A stretch of 64,000 nt of DNA from an uncultured Burkholderiales bacterium (GCA_964504875.1 CAZDFJ010000004.1:23870-87869); one strand, 5' to 3'. Shown: positions 28,880-40,318, counted from the first letter of the stretch. Notes: generated by a model not told the origin, from the sequence alone. Numbers and translations: made by a program.

Positions 28880-30349
28880 TTATTTTTTCTGCATAATTTG
28901 AATGCCTTTCAATAAATTGACGGCTTGATTGAGCTGATAGTCATTTTTCGAGGCGATTTCTGGTAGTTTGACTTCTTTGTGTTCTTTATCTTTTTTCGCG
29001 CCTTTGGCTGGTTTTTTCTTGTCAGTTTGTGCGCCAGAAGCAGTGTCATTTTCATCCGGTTTTGATTTGACTTCGTCGCCTTGTTGGTTTGCCAAATGAC
29101 GTTCTAAATCTGCCTCTCTTAAATTAAAGCCCATGGCTTCACTTGGGTTGACGGTGCCCTCTTCAACAACAATATCTGGCACAATCCCTTTAGCTTGAAT
29201 AGCTCGCCCATTTGGTGTGTAATAACGGGCTGTTGTTAATTTAATGGCCGTGCCGTTACCCAAAGGTAAAATGGTTTGTACTGAGCCTTTACCAAAGGTT
29301 TGTGTACCCATAATAATGGAACGTTTGTGATCTTGTAATGCGCCCGCCACAATTTCAGAAGCAGAGGCAGAGCCCCCATTGACTAAAGTGACCATCGGCA
29401 CAGATTTGACGTGTGTAGGTAGGGCAGCAAAAATATCTTCTTGACCAGGCCGTAAATAATTTTCTTGCGTCGCTGTCAAGCGCATTTTTGAATCTTCTGC
29501 CCGTCCGTCTGTATACACAACTAAAACATTTTTGGGTAAGAAAGCCGCAGAAACGCCCACAGCCGCATTCAATAATCCTCCTGGATCATTTCTCAAATCT
29601 AAAACTAAACCGCGCAATTGCCCTTTGTTTTGTTTATACAAAGTGTCAATCGCAATAGAAAGGTTTTTCAATGTATTTTCTTGGAATTGGGTCACACGAA
29701 TGTAGCCATAACCTGGCTCAACCATTTTGTATTTCACGCTATTAATTTTAATAACTGCGCGTTTCAGGGTGAAAATCAGCGGTTTTGCTTCATTTTTGCG
29801 CATCACCGTCAATTTAATGATTGTATTGGGCCGGCCCCGCATTTTTTTAACAGCATCATTGAGTGAAAGACCTTTGACAGGAGTATCGTCGATTTTGATA
29901 ATTAAATCGCCGCTTTTTATCCCTGCCCGAAAAGCTGGCGTATCTTCAATCGGAGAAACAACTTTAACGAATCCGTCTTCCATACCAACCTCAATGCCCA
30001 AGCCGCCAAACTCGCCTTGGGTTCCTACTTGGAGCTCTTTAAAAGCATCGGCATCCAGATAAGAAGAATGGGGATCTAACCCAGATAACATGCCATTGAT
30101 GGCTTCAGAAATTAATTTTTTATCTGTCACGGCTTCAACATAGTCACTTTTAATTTTGCCGTAGACTTCTGTAAAAGTTCGGAGTTCATCTAAAGGTAAC
30201 GGCGCCTCAATTTCTTTATCGGCTACTGCAGAATAATGAAGTGTGAGCAAAGCGCCCAAACAGGTTCCTAATCCTATTAGTCCTGCTTGCTTCATTTTAT
30301 AACGTATACGATTTTTTGGTTCAACAAATGGGGTTTTTGATGGATTCAT
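28880..30349 (-). CDS. ctpA: Carboxy-terminal processing protease (S41 family, PDZ domain)
   Basis: The 489-aa product has a PDZ block GDLIIKIDD and the catalytic region NGGSASASEI ... FGKGSVQT. Confidence 0.85.
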   Translation of the reverse strand: MNPSKTPFVEPKNRIRYKMKQAGLIGLGTCLGALLTLHYSAVADKEIEAPLPLDELRTFTEVYGKIKSDYVEAVTDKKLISEAINGMLSGLDPHSSYLDADAFKELQVGTQGEFGGLGIEVGMEDGFVKVVSPIEDTPAFRAGIKSGDLIIKIDDTPVKGLSLNDAVKKMRGRPNTIIKLTVMRKNEAKPLIFTLKRAVIKINSVKYKMVEPGYGYIRVTQFQENTLKNLSIAIDTLYKQNKGQLRGLVLDLRNDPGGLLNAAVGVSAAFLPKNVLVVYTDGRAEDSKMRLTATQENYLRPGQEDIFAALPTHVKSVPMVTLVNGGSASASEIVAGALQDHKRSIIMGTQTFGKGSVQTILPLGNGTAIKLTTARYYTPNGRAIQAKGIVPDIVVEEGTVNPSEAMGFNLREADLERHLANQQGDEVKSKPDENDTASGAQTDKKKPAKGAKKDKEHKEVKLPEIASKNDYQLNQAVNLLKGIQIMQKK

Positions 30350-30721
30350 AGGGTATCCAAATAAGAGTTAACTAATAATTTAATTAAATTTTTATATAAG
30401 TGACATAACGTGATTTGTATTAAAATTTATAACTGAATCACGCAATCGCATCTTGACTGATTCAGGATAGAAGGGATATTTGTTGCGCATCAGTTTTCCA
30501 TCTATCCTCTCATCAATTCTGTTTTTTAGTATTTCAGTCAAATAAATTAGATTACTTTATGTCACAAAATGATTGACAATAAAAGAATGGGCAGCGTTAT
30601 ATTTTATAATGAACAGGCAATTTTAATAAGCTTGTGTTCTTTGAAAAAAAATACCATCGCACAATATTCAGATAAAAAATTATTTTTATTTTATAATAAA
30701 GTTTTAGATATTTGAGAATAA

Positions 30722-31180
30722 TTAGGGTAGTTCTTGTGTTTTCATGGTGTCGTGAAGGTGAATACAATCTTTTTGTTGGCATTCTACATACAGATAAAGA
30801 GAATGCGCGTGTAATTTGAATCCCCGATCAGTGGCTATTTTCTCTTGTTGTGCTTCAATTGCAGAATCACAGAACTCTTCTACATGTCCACATTTAACAC
30901 AAACCAAATGGTCGTGATGTTGTCCTTGGCTTAATTCAAAGATTGCTTTATTTCCGCCATCAAAGTGATGACGAATTAAAATACCAGCGTTTTCGAATTG
31001 GGTCAAAACACGGTACACCGTTGCGATTCCAACATCCAGTCCTTCTTTCATGAGCAAACGATAGACATCTTCTGCGCTCAAATGGCGGTTGTCTACTTGT
31101 TCAAAAAGGTTAAGGATTTTTAGACGTGCCGAGGTTGCTTTCAACCCGCTGCTTTTAATTAAATATTCTGGATGATTCAT
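30722..31180 (-). CDS. fur: Ferric uptake regulator
   Basis: The 152-aa product has the w[18 protein letters not shown] and the metal sites [16 protein letters not shown]. Confidence 0.9.
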   Translation of the reverse strand: MNHPEYLIKSSGLKATSARLKILNLFEQVDNRHLSAEDVYRLLMKEGLDVGIATVYRVLTQFENAGILIRHHFDGGNKAIFELSQGQHHDHLVCVKCGHVEEFCDSAIEAQQEKIATDRGFKLHAHSLYLYVECQQKDCIHLHDTMKTQELP

Positions 31181-31523
31181 ACAGCATTGTTATGGCATTA
31201 TTCCGTTTAGATCAAGCCTGCTTAAACAAGTTCACGGTGTAAGCCATTCCTCCCGAGTGTAATCAAATAAATAAACTTAGCTAATTAGTCAACTTTTTAT
31301 TAAGTTACTATTTTAGCAAAATGTTTCGTGTTTGCCGAAAATTTGTGTAAAAATTTATGATGTTCAGAATTATTTCAAGTTTTCTTTAAGATTTGCTTTA
31401 CTTCGTGCGTATAACTTTACTTTATTTTTTTCGTTAAAAAAAGTTAGCTAAATAAAGCGATTGCGTTAAAATGAAAATGACTTATTAGATCGTACATTTT
31501 GTTGGAATTGGACCAGATTAAGC

Positions 31524-32375
31524 ATGAATAATAGTAGTCATTCTGAAGTACTCAGACAACGTGAGTTTGCATTTAGCCGAGAAGATTTTTTGCGTATTAA
31601 AAAATTGATTTACGAACACGCAGGCATCTCTTTAAATGATAATAAACAAGAAATGGTATATAGCCGTTTGGCGCGGCGTTTAAGACAGCATAATTTTCAA
31701 TCATTCAAAGAATACTTGGATTATTTACAAGTTGTTCCTGACGAATGGGAGGCTTTCACGAACGCCTTGACGACAAATTTAACCTCATTTTTTCGAGAGG
31801 CTCATCATTTTCCCATTTTGGCTGAACATTTATTAAAATTAAAACATCAACCGATTCGTATTTGGAGTGCCGCCGCTTCTACAGGAGAAGAACCTTATTC
31901 TATTGCAATTACTGTGGTAGAGACGCTTAATCAGTTGAATCCTTCTGTTGAGATTTTGGCAACAGATTTGGATACACATGTGTTGCAAAAAGCTCGAGAA
32001 GCAATTTATGCGGTCGATCGTGTTGAAAAAATGGATCCGGAGCGTGTGAAACGTTTTTTCTTGCGCGGAAAAAATCAATTTGATGGCTTTGTGCGGGCGC
32101 GTCCTGAATTATGTCGCATTATAGATTTTAAGCAACTTAATCTATTGGACGAAAATTGGAATATCAAAGGGCCATTTGATGTGATTTTTTGCCGAAATGT
32201 CATGATTTATTTTGATAAAGAAACACAATATAAAATTCTTAAAAAATTTGTGCCATTACTGAGGCCAGACGGTTTGTTATTTACAGGGCATTCAGAAAGC
32301 TTTTTGCATGCAACAGATTTATTTAAGCCATTAGGGAAAACAGTGTATCGCCTTGCTCATACTTCGCATAAATAG
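31524..32375 (+). CDS. cheR: Chemotaxis protein methyltransferase
   Basis: The 283-aa product has a CheR N-terminal helical domain plus a SAM domain: TSFFRE, IWSAAASTGEEPYSIA and FCRNVMIYFD. Confidence 0.9.
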   Translation: MNNSSHSEVLRQREFAFSREDFLRIKKLIYEHAGISLNDNKQEMVYSRLARRLRQHNFQSFKEYLDYLQVVPDEWEAFTNALTTNLTSFFREAHHFPILAEHLLKLKHQPIRIWSAAASTGEEPYSIAITVVETLNQLNPSVEILATDLDTHVLQKAREAIYAVDRVEKMDPERVKRFFLRGKNQFDGFVRARPELCRIIDFKQLNLLDENWNIKGPFDVIFCRNVMIYFDKETQYKILKKFVPLLRPDGLLFTGHSESFLHATDLFKPLGKTVYRLAHTSHK

Positions 32376-32408
32376 TTAATTAGAAAATATATTGGAGACC
32401 AAAATTAT

Positions 32409-33029
32409 ATGGTGATACAAGATTATACAGAAACACTTAGTCCTAATTTGTATTTTGATCGACATTTCAATATGGAGGCGGGCAAGATTTTACCAGGGGA
32501 ATATTATGTAACGAGGCGGGACATGCTTCTTGTGACTGTATTAGGTTCCTGTGTTTCAGCATGTATTCGGGATGCTATATCTGGAATAGGCGGAATGAAT
32601 CATTTTATGTTGCCTGATAGCGGTTCCTCAGATAAAGAAAGTTTGCTAAGCTCTTCTGCGCGTTATGGGACATACGCTATGGAAGTCTTAATTAATGAAT
32701 TATTAAAATTAGGGGCAAAGCGAGCAAATTTGGAAGCAAAAGTTTTTGGGGGCGGGCGCGTCTTAAAAGGTTTTACGGTTGGGAATGTTGGGCAAAGAAA
32801 TGCTGATTTTGTTTTAGAATTTTTAAAAACAGAAAATATTCGGGTTGTTGCCCAAGATTTACTCGATGTTTATCCTCGAAAAGTTTATTTTTTTCCAAAA
32901 ACCGGTAAAGTGCTTGTGAAGAAATTGAAAAGTACACATGGGGATGAAAATATTCTTAAAGATGAAAGAGAATACAATCGACGGATTGTGCAGTCACCTA
33001 TTAGTGGGGATATTGATCTCTTTACTTAA
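32409..33029 (+). CDS. cheD: Chemoreceptor glutamine deamidase
   Basis: The 206-aa product carries LGSCVSACIRD ... GGMNHFMLPD ... AKVFGGG. Confidence 0.85.
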   Translation: MVIQDYTETLSPNLYFDRHFNMEAGKILPGEYYVTRRDMLLVTVLGSCVSACIRDAISGIGGMNHFMLPDSGSSDKESLLSSSARYGTYAMEVLINELLKLGAKRANLEAKVFGGGRVLKGFTVGNVGQRNADFVLEFLKTENIRVVAQDLLDVYPRKVYFFPKTGKVLVKKLKSTHGDENILKDEREYNRRIVQSPISGDIDLFT

Positions 33030-33145
33030 TCAAAAAAATAAATTTATAATCATACATGTTTAATAAGAAAACAGTGTTTATAGGTAAAGAGAAAAAAAAA
33101 TGCTGAGTATATGTGAGGAAATATCAGCTTTTAAAAGGATTGTTT

Positions 33146-34249
33146 ATGAAACTAAAGGTACTCGTTGTTGATGATTCAGCATTAATCCGGAGTGTTTTAA
33201 AGGAAATTATTAATAGCCAGCCAGATATGGAAGTTGTTGGGGCGGCTCCTGACCCTTACGTTGCAAGGGATTTGATTAAAAAATTAAATCCTGATGTGCT
33301 GACACTGGATGTGGAAATGCCGCGGATGGATGGATTAGACTTTTTAGAAAAGTTAATGAGATTACGTCCTATGCCAGTGGTGATGGTTTCAACTTTGACA
33401 GAACGGGGGTCAGATGTGACATTTCGTGCCCTTGAGTTGGGGGCAGTAGATTTTATTACAAAACCAAAGTTAGATATTAGTCGTGGCTTACAGCAGTATA
33501 GTGATGAAATTACAGATAAGATTCGTGCCGCTGCACGGGCTAAGATAAAACGACTTCATGCATTACAAACCATGGTAAAAGGACATGAGCCTGAACAAGC
33601 GCGGCCTGTGGCACCTATTGCTCATGTTCCGACTTTGGGAAATGCGTTCATGACAACAGAAAAGGTAATATTAGTAGGGGCTTCTACCGGTGGCACAGAA
33701 GCAATCAAAGATTTTCTAATAGAACTGCCTCCAGATTGTCCAGGCATTTTAATCACACAACATATGCCAGAAGCGTTTACCCGTTCTTTTGCGAATCGCC
33801 TGAATAATTTATGTCGTATTACTGTAAAAGAGGCGGAGCATAATGAACGTATTCTTCCTGGACATGCGTATATTGCGCCAGGCCACTCCCATTTGTTGAT
33901 CCGCAAAAATGGGGCAAATTATGTCACAGAATTGAGTCAAGCGGCGCCTGTTAATCGTCATCGGCCTTCAGTAGATGTTTTATTTCGGTCTGCTGCGGAA
34001 ATTGTAGGTAAAAATGCGATTGGCATTATTATGACAGGCATGGGTAAGGATGGGGCACTAGGCATGTTAGAAATGAAACAAGCCGGGGCTTTTAACTTTG
34101 CGCAGGATGAGGCGAGTTGTATTGTTTTTGGTATGCCAAAAGAAGCCATTGCTGTGGGGGCAGTCGATGAAATTATTACGATTAAAGAAATGGCCCACGC
34201 TGTGATGACATATTTAACGAGCTTGGGAAAAAGAAATTTTCGGGTGTAA
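33146..34249 (+). CDS. cheB: Chemotaxis response regulator protein-glutamate methylesterase
   Basis: The product has REC ([19 protein letters not shown]) and an esterase domain ([19 protein letters not shown]). The ORF track starts at 33113, and the ATG at 33146 gives the canonical N-terminus. Confidence 0.9.
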   Translation: MKLKVLVVDDSALIRSVLKEIINSQPDMEVVGAAPDPYVARDLIKKLNPDVLTLDVEMPRMDGLDFLEKLMRLRPMPVVMVSTLTERGSDVTFRALELGAVDFITKPKLDISRGLQQYSDEITDKIRAAARAKIKRLHALQTMVKGHEPEQARPVAPIAHVPTLGNAFMTTEKVILVGASTGGTEAIKDFLIELPPDCPGILITQHMPEAFTRSFANRLNNLCRITVKEAEHNERILPGHAYIAPGHSHLLIRKNGANYVTELSQAAPVNRHRPSVDVLFRSAAEIVGKNAIGIIMTGMGKDGALGMLEMKQAGAFNFAQDEASCIVFGMPKEAIAVGAVDEIITIKEMAHAVMTYLTSLGKRNFRV

Positions 34250-34776
34250 TATTCCCAAAAAATAAATATTAAAAATAATAAAACTGTTTTTCCAGAAGCA
34301 GAAAAATAATATATGAAGCTTATAATTTTGACCTAGTCTATTTATTTTATGGTCAAATATAGTATTTTCCTTATATTTGGAAGGAAAGAATAACAAAAAA
34401 CGAATTTGATTTGCTATAATAAACATCATATAGAATTGCCAATATTTTTCTTTATGAAAAATACTAGAAAAATAAAATTTTTTATTATCTATCATGGAAA
34501 AAATACAGGTTTTTTGTTAAGCAGGCCTTAAGTGTATTGCTTTGAAAGCCAAGGTATCAAGAGTACATGAAAAAAATTGTAGTTCATAAAAAGATATGAT
34601 TGATGTGTAATCGATTATATTAGGTACTTTTCATAAAGAAGTATTTATGATTTAGTCAGTGAAGTAATCTATCAAAAAGTAGTCAATCTGATCATCTCCT
34701 GTTCTAATCTCTTAAAAAGAAAATGACAAGATTGAACATATTTTAGCGTACCTTAGTATTTTTGAGGATGATAAGC

Positions 34777-35082
34777 ATGCAAGTAAATTTGCAAGTTAAA
34801 GAAGGAAAAGCAAAGCTGGTATTAAGCGGGCGATTTGATTTTAATTCCCACCGTGAATTTCGTAGCGGTTGTGATGAAGCGATGAATTCTCCTAAAATTA
34901 ATGAAATTGAAATTGATTTAGGCGGCGTGGATTATCTGGACAGTTCAGCATTAGGGATGCTTTTATTATTACGTGAGCGCGCAGTCGCTTCTAATAAAAA
35001 ATTGGCCTTGGCGAATTGTCGGGGAACAGTCAAACAAGTGCTCGATGTTGCAAATTTTAGTCAACTCTTCACGATTCGTTAA
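34777..35082 (+). CDS. Canonical STAS anti-sigma-factor antagonist (SpoIIAA/RsbV/CrsA-like)
   Basis: The ~101-aa product has YLDSSALGMLLLLRE with the conserved phospho-acceptor Ser. A GAGGA RBS lies 8 nt before the ATG at 34777. The ORF track starts at a TTG at 34762. Confidence 0.8.
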   Translation: MQVNLQVKEGKAKLVLSGRFDFNSHREFRSGCDEAMNSPKINEIEIDLGGVDYLDSSALGMLLLLRERAVASNKKLALANCRGTVKQVLDVANFSQLFTIR

Positions 35083-35806
35083 GCGTTGATTCATCGCCAT
35101 AAATCAGTGAATTCTTCCACACATCCTGTTTATGTAAAATTTAATTTTGATGTGATGTTTTATGATTATTTATATAAATAACTAACAAGAAAACATCAAA
35201 AAATCATTTTAAAAATAGAGTGAATATGAATAGGATGTGATCAGTATTGTGATGCGCTCAAATGCTTAGTTTTATCCATTTTCTTGAAAATAGCAGCCGC
35301 TGAATTTTTGTCTTTTCGAGTTTGTTGAGACAGAGTTAATACTGTTTTTTTAACTTTAATCAGCAAACCAATTAACTCTCTTCTCATCTAATTTAGAAGA
35401 AAAGCAATCATTCGTCTATGAAAAATATGATTAATCTATTTTTATTGCGGGGCTTTCAGAAAGGCTAATAAATATGCGGGTTATTTTTTGCAAATCTTAT
35501 TGAAATGTAAAAAATAAGATCATCCGTGAAAAAATATAGATTTTTCACTATTAATTGCACGATTTTTCCATTAGAATAATACGGTTTTATAGTTGTTATG
35601 AGTATGGTATTTTTATCATTTCGATTTTGGTCGGCAATTAAAGCTAACAGTTAATTTTTATTAATTTTAATAGGTCATTATTTATTGAAATAATAATAGT
35701 GTGAAGACTTTACATCTTTTATCATGTGATAATTATGAAATAAAGTATAAAAATTTACTGTTAAGTATTAATCATTTTTAGTCTTTTTGCAGCGAGTGCT
35801 TCAACA

Positions 35807-37534
35807 ATGCAAGGAAAAATTAAGGTTTTGGTCGTTGATGATTTGGAACAAAATTTACTGTTAATCAGTCGATTTGTAACAAAATTAGGACATCAAGTAG
35901 TCACGGCAAAGAATGGTGAAGAAGCGATTCGATGCTATCAGGAAGAACGTCCCGATGTAATCCTCATGGATATTATGATGCCGGGGATGGATGGGTATGA
36001 GGCGACCGCACGGATTAAAGCACTTGAAACAAACAAGTGGGTCCCCGTTGTTTTTCTGAGTGCGATGACACAAGATGAAAGTTTGGTACGCGGCTTGGAT
36101 GTCGGAGGGGATGACTATCTGACAAAGCCAGTGAATCTTGTTGTATTGAAAGCAAAGATTAATGCGATGTTACGTATTGCCGAGTTGCAGGAATATCTTG
36201 CAGAAAAAAATGATAAGCTGGAAAGCTATTATTTTATGGCAGAGGAGGAGAAACGTGTAGCGAAACACCTCATGGAGCATATTATTAATGCTGAAAAATT
36301 ACATGATGAATCGCTAGAGTTTTTTACTGAACCTGCGCAAGGATTTAATGGTGATTTGCTTGCTGCTGCCCGTTCGCCAGGGAATATTTTACATGTGTTA
36401 CTTGCAGATGGGACAGGGCATGGTCTGTCTGCTGCCATTAACGTCATGTTATTAATTCAGCCTTTTTACGCTATGACAGAAAAAGGATTTTCCCTTCCGA
36501 GTATTGTCGAGGAAATGAATCGCAAATTGAAAGCGGTTATGCCAGCGGATCGTTTTGTGGCTGCAACTTTTGTCTCGATTGATATGCGAAATCATCTTAT
36601 TGAAGTATGGAATGGGGGCAATCCTGCTTTAATTGTTTTAGATAATGAAGGTCAAATTATTAAACAATTTCGGGCAAAACACTTACCATTGGGTATTTTA
36701 AATGAGAATGAATTTCGTTCTTATACTGAGATTTATCAGTGGGAAAGACCTGTTCAAGTAGTGCTTTGTTCGGATGGTGTAACAGAGGCAGAAAATACAG
36801 AAAATAAAATGTTTGGCATTGATGGTGTGATTAGTAGTCTACAACGTCATCAACCTGTTGATCGTTTAACTTGCTTAATGAATGATATTAAAACGCATTT
36901 AAACGGCCGGCCTGCTGTAGATGATTTATCTATGGCGTTGATTCATTGCCCAATGCATGAAGAACAATCTCATAAATTTGTGGAACAAAATGCCAATTAT
37001 GTGCATACCCTCGAACAAGGGATTGGTTATTGGAAATTTGAATTGGGACTCAGCGCCCATGAATTGAAATATATTGACGTTGTTCCGATTATGTTGAATG
37101 TCATTAATGAAATTCATATTGCACGTGAACATGCCTCACAACTCTTTTTGATTGTGTCAGAATTGTATAACAATGCATTAGATCATGGTATTTTAAAATT
37201 AAATTCGCAATTAAAATCACAGCCTGAAGGGATGGATCGTTATCTGACAGAGCGAAAACAACGTTTACAAAATTTAGAGCAAGGAAGTATTGAGATTCGT
37301 TGTGAAAGTGTGATTTTTAACCAAAAAGCTTGTATTAAAATTCATGTGCGAGATAGTGGTCAAGGTTTTGATTTTCATCATATTGATAAAACAAATGATC
37401 ATCATATTACCAACCCAAGTGAATTAATGATTCGACCTTTTGGGAGAGGAATACATTTAGTGAAGCATCTTGCCAGCCATGTGCAATACTTGGGACAAGG
37501 CAATGAAGTTGTGGTCTATTATGAATTAAGTTAA
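35807..37534 (+). CDS. Three-domain response regulator: REC, PP2C/SpoIIE phosphatase and HATPase anti-sigma kinase (CrsR-like)
   Basis: The 575-aa product has REC (VLVVDD, ILMDIMMPGMDG, DYLTKP). It also has PP2C (GDLLAA, LLADGTGHGLSAA, CSDGVTE) and a C-terminal RsbW-like HATPase (SELYNNALDHG, VRDSGQGFD, GRGIHLV). Confidence 0.8.
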   Translation: MQGKIKVLVVDDLEQNLLLISRFVTKLGHQVVTAKNGEEAIRCYQEERPDVILMDIMMPGMDGYEATARIKALETNKWVPVVFLSAMTQDESLVRGLDVGGDDYLTKPVNLVVLKAKINAMLRIAELQEYLAEKNDKLESYYFMAEEEKRVAKHLMEHIINAEKLHDESLEFFTEPAQGFNGDLLAAARSPGNILHVLLADGTGHGLSAAINVMLLIQPFYAMTEKGFSLPSIVEEMNRKLKAVMPADRFVAATFVSIDMRNHLIEVWNGGNPALIVLDNEGQIIKQFRAKHLPLGILNENEFRSYTEIYQWERPVQVVLCSDGVTEAENTENKMFGIDGVISSLQRHQPVDRLTCLMNDIKTHLNGRPAVDDLSMALIHCPMHEEQSHKFVEQNANYVHTLEQGIGYWKFELGLSAHELKYIDVVPIMLNVINEIHIAREHASQLFLIVSELYNNALDHGILKLNSQLKSQPEGMDRYLTERKQRLQNLEQGSIEIRCESVIFNQKACIKIHVRDSGQGFDFHHIDKTNDHHITNPSELMIRPFGRGIHLVKHLASHVQYLGQGNEVVVYYELS

Positions 37535-37592
37535 GCTCAATATGAGAACAGCATCTTTCTTAAACAATAAAAAAGATGCTGTGAAAAAACAG

Positions 37593-38948
37593 TTACTTAC
37601 TTTGACGTAATTGTTCAATTTTTTGTTCGAGGTAATGAATGCTCATTCCCCCTTTAACAAAAGTTTGGTCATACATTAATTCGTGATGTAAAGGAATATT
37701 TGTATGAATACCTTCAACAATAAACTCGCTTAAGGCAACACGCATGCGGGCAATCGCTTGATCACGCGTATCACCATAGGCAATAATTTTGCCAATCATT
37801 GAGTCATAATATGGTGGTACATAATAGCTTTGATAGGCATGTGTGTCTACACGGATACCTGGTCCACCAGGCATATGGAAAGTCGTAATTCGTCCAGGAG
37901 AGGGGATGAATTTATAGGGATCTTCAGCATTGATTCGACACTCAATAGCATGGCCATGAAATTGAACTTCGTCTTGTTGAATCGGTAGCGGATAACCTGC
38001 TGCAATCCAAAGCTGGGCTTGCACGATATCAATACCAGTGATTAATTCTGTGACAGGATGTTCGACCTGTACACGCGTATTCATCTCAATAAAATAAAAC
38101 TCACCGTTTTCGTACAAGAATTCAAATGTTCCTGCGCCACGATAGCCAATGCTCCGACAGGCTTCTGCACAACGTTCTCCAACACGCATAATGGCATCAC
38201 GTGGAACCAGTGGAGCGGGCGCTTCTTCAATAATTTTCTGGTGACGACGTTGCATAGAGCAATCACGTTCACCTAAATAAATCGCATGCCCTTCTTCATC
38301 TGCAAGTATTTGAATTTCAATATGGCGTGGATTTTCAAGAAATTTTTCCATATAGACTTGCGGATTACCAAATGCCGTTTGGGCTTCTGTACGGGTCATG
38401 GCAACGGCACTCAATAATGCGCCTTCTGCATGCACCACACGCATTCCTCGACCGCCCCCACCCCCTGCTGCCTTAATAATGACAGGATAGCCAATGTCTC
38501 GTGCTGTTTTCAGGATTTCTTCTGGATCATCACCTAATGCGCCTTCTGAGCCAGGTACACAAGGTACGCCTGATTTGCGCATTGCATCTTTCGCGCAGAC
38601 TTTGTCACCCATCAGACGAATGGTATCTGGTCGCGGTCCGATAAAAACAAAACCACTATTTTCAACCCGTTCGGCAAAGTCAGCATTTTCTGATAGAAAA
38701 CCATAGCCAGGATGAATCGCTTCCGCATCGGTGACTTCTGCAGCACTAATGATTGCTGGAATATTGAGATAACTTTGTCCTGAAGGAGCAGGACCAATAC
38801 AGACAGATTCATCTGCTAATTTTACATATTTTGCATCCGCATCTGCTTGAGAATGAACAACAACAGTTTTGATTCCTAATTCTCGGCAAGCCCGCTGAAT
38901 ACGTAATGCGATTTCCCCACGGTTGGCAATTAAAACTTTTTCAAACAT
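37593..38948 (-). CDS. accC: Acetyl-CoA carboxylase, biotin carboxylase subunit
   Basis: The 451-aa product carries [11 protein letters not shown], the ATP-grasp block GGGGRGMRV, and [14 protein letters not shown]. Confidence 0.95.
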   Translation of the reverse strand: MFEKVLIANRGEIALRIQRACRELGIKTVVVHSQADADAKYVKLADESVCIGPAPSGQSYLNIPAIISAAEVTDAEAIHPGYGFLSENADFAERVENSGFVFIGPRPDTIRLMGDKVCAKDAMRKSGVPCVPGSEGALGDDPEEILKTARDIGYPVIIKAAGGGGGRGMRVVHAEGALLSAVAMTRTEAQTAFGNPQVYMEKFLENPRHIEIQILADEEGHAIYLGERDCSMQRRHQKIIEEAPAPLVPRDAIMRVGERCAEACRSIGYRGAGTFEFLYENGEFYFIEMNTRVQVEHPVTELITGIDIVQAQLWIAAGYPLPIQQDEVQFHGHAIECRINAEDPYKFIPSPGRITTFHMPGGPGIRVDTHAYQSYYVPPYYDSMIGKIIAYGDTRDQAIARMRVALSEFIVEGIHTNIPLHHELMYDQTFVKGGMSIHYLEQKIEQLRQSK

Positions 38949-38975
38949 AGTTTAGTTCCGTTTGATTGACTGCAA

Positions 38976-39437
38976 TTAACCGATGACAAATAAAGGCTCA
39001 CCATATTCAACGGGTTGACCATTTTCAATTAAGATAGCTTTGACAATCCCTGCTTTATCTGCTTCAATTTCATTCAATAATTTCATCGCTTCAATAATAC
39101 ATAAGGTGTCCCCAACACTTACGCTTTGTCCAACTTCTACAAAGGGTTTCGCGCCTGGTGCAGAAGCACGATAGAATGTCCCAACCATTGGAGAGTTTAA
39201 GACGGTTCCTTCAGGTAAGCTAGAGCTGGTATTTTCAACAATAGGCGGGGCTTCTTGCGCTGCGTTTGGTGTGACATGTGTAGTGTTTAATTGAGGTGGA
39301 TATAAATAAGGAGCGGGGGCAGGTTGTGTGGTCACGCGTGTAATGCGGACTTTTTCTTCGCCTTCTGTAATTTCAAGTTCTGCAATCCCAGACTCTTGTA
39401 CCAAGTCAATTAACTTCTTTAATTTTCTTAAATCCAT
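38976..39437 (-). CDS. accB: Acetyl-CoA carboxylase, biotin carboxyl carrier protein
   Basis: The 153-aa product has a Pro/Ala-rich linker and the biotinylation motif [13 protein letters not shown]. Confidence 0.95.
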   Translation of the reverse strand: MDLRKLKKLIDLVQESGIAELEITEGEEKVRITRVTTQPAPAPYLYPPQLNTTHVTPNAAQEAPPIVENTSSSLPEGTVLNSPMVGTFYRASAPGAKPFVEVGQSVSVGDTLCIIEAMKLLNEIEADKAGIVKAILIENGQPVEYGEPLFVIG

Positions 39438-39478
39438 AGTAATAAATAATCATCAAAAATAATTAATCAAATTTGAAA

Positions 39479-39913
39479 TTAGTATTCAAGTGCAAATTGT
39501 AATGCAAGATAGTAACTTTTTTCGCCGAAACCACTGATCACACCAACCGCCACGTCACTTAAATAAGAATGATGACGAAAAGCTTCGCGTGAAAAAACAT
39601 TAGAAAGATGAACTTCCACGAAAGGAATACCAACACCTAATAATGCATCACGAATCGCTACGCTTGTGTGTGTAAAAGCGGCAGGATTGATAATAATGAA
39701 ATCAATTTGATTTTGGCGGGCCGCATGAATTTGTTCAATTAAGACATATTCAGCATTGCTTTGACAAGTGGTAAGTTTTGCCTCCGCTTTTTCAGCCAAC
39801 ACAGATAAATGCGCATTAATTAGCTCAAGTGTTGTGTGACCATACACAGCAGGCTCACGCGTACCCAAAAGATTTAAATTAGGTCCATGTAAGACAAGAA
39901 TATTTTTTGCCAT
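39479..39913 (-). CDS. aroQ: Type II 3-dehydroquinate dehydratase
   Basis: The 144-aa product carries [15 protein letters not shown] and [12 protein letters not shown]. The aroQ-accB-accC order is conserved. Confidence 0.9.
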   Translation of the reverse strand: MAKNILVLHGPNLNLLGTREPAVYGHTTLELINAHLSVLAEKAEAKLTTCQSNAEYVLIEQIHAARQNQIDFIIINPAAFTHTSVAIRDALLGVGIPFVEVHLSNVFSREAFRHHSYLSDVAVGVISGFGEKSYYLALQFALEY

Positions 39914-40318
39914 TTTCAGGGATAATCCATGTATTTGCTGGGAAATGTAATTATTTTAACATAAAATTTTCTTGTCGTTATGAATTATCGAGTATTTATT
40001 GCTGCTCTGCACAAAAATATTCACCCTAAAAAAAAGCTTCAAAAAAAGCAATCTTTCATAAAACGATAATAAAATCTAAATATAATCAGAAAATGGCAAT
40101 AAATTTAATTTTTTATCTTTTTAAGTAAATTTTTTCTAAAAGGCTTGACAGCTCATAAAAAAAAAAGACACAATATAAACAGATCGAGCAATAAAAATAA
40201 AAATAAAATCGATATGATAGGAATCTGAACAAAGCAATAGTGAAGTCAAATCTATATGTTGCTCACCACATTTGATTAATTCAAAAAACATCACTTTCCA
40301 AAGTGAGGAGGAGTTTTT

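Noticed and set aside
31184-31204. A Fur-box-like sequence (GAATAATGCCATAACAATGC on the minus strand) just upstream of the fur start codon, suggesting autoregulation.
   Set aside because: The match to the consensus is poor and it sits within about 25 nt of the start codon. It cannot be distinguished from AT-rich background without a PWM scan.
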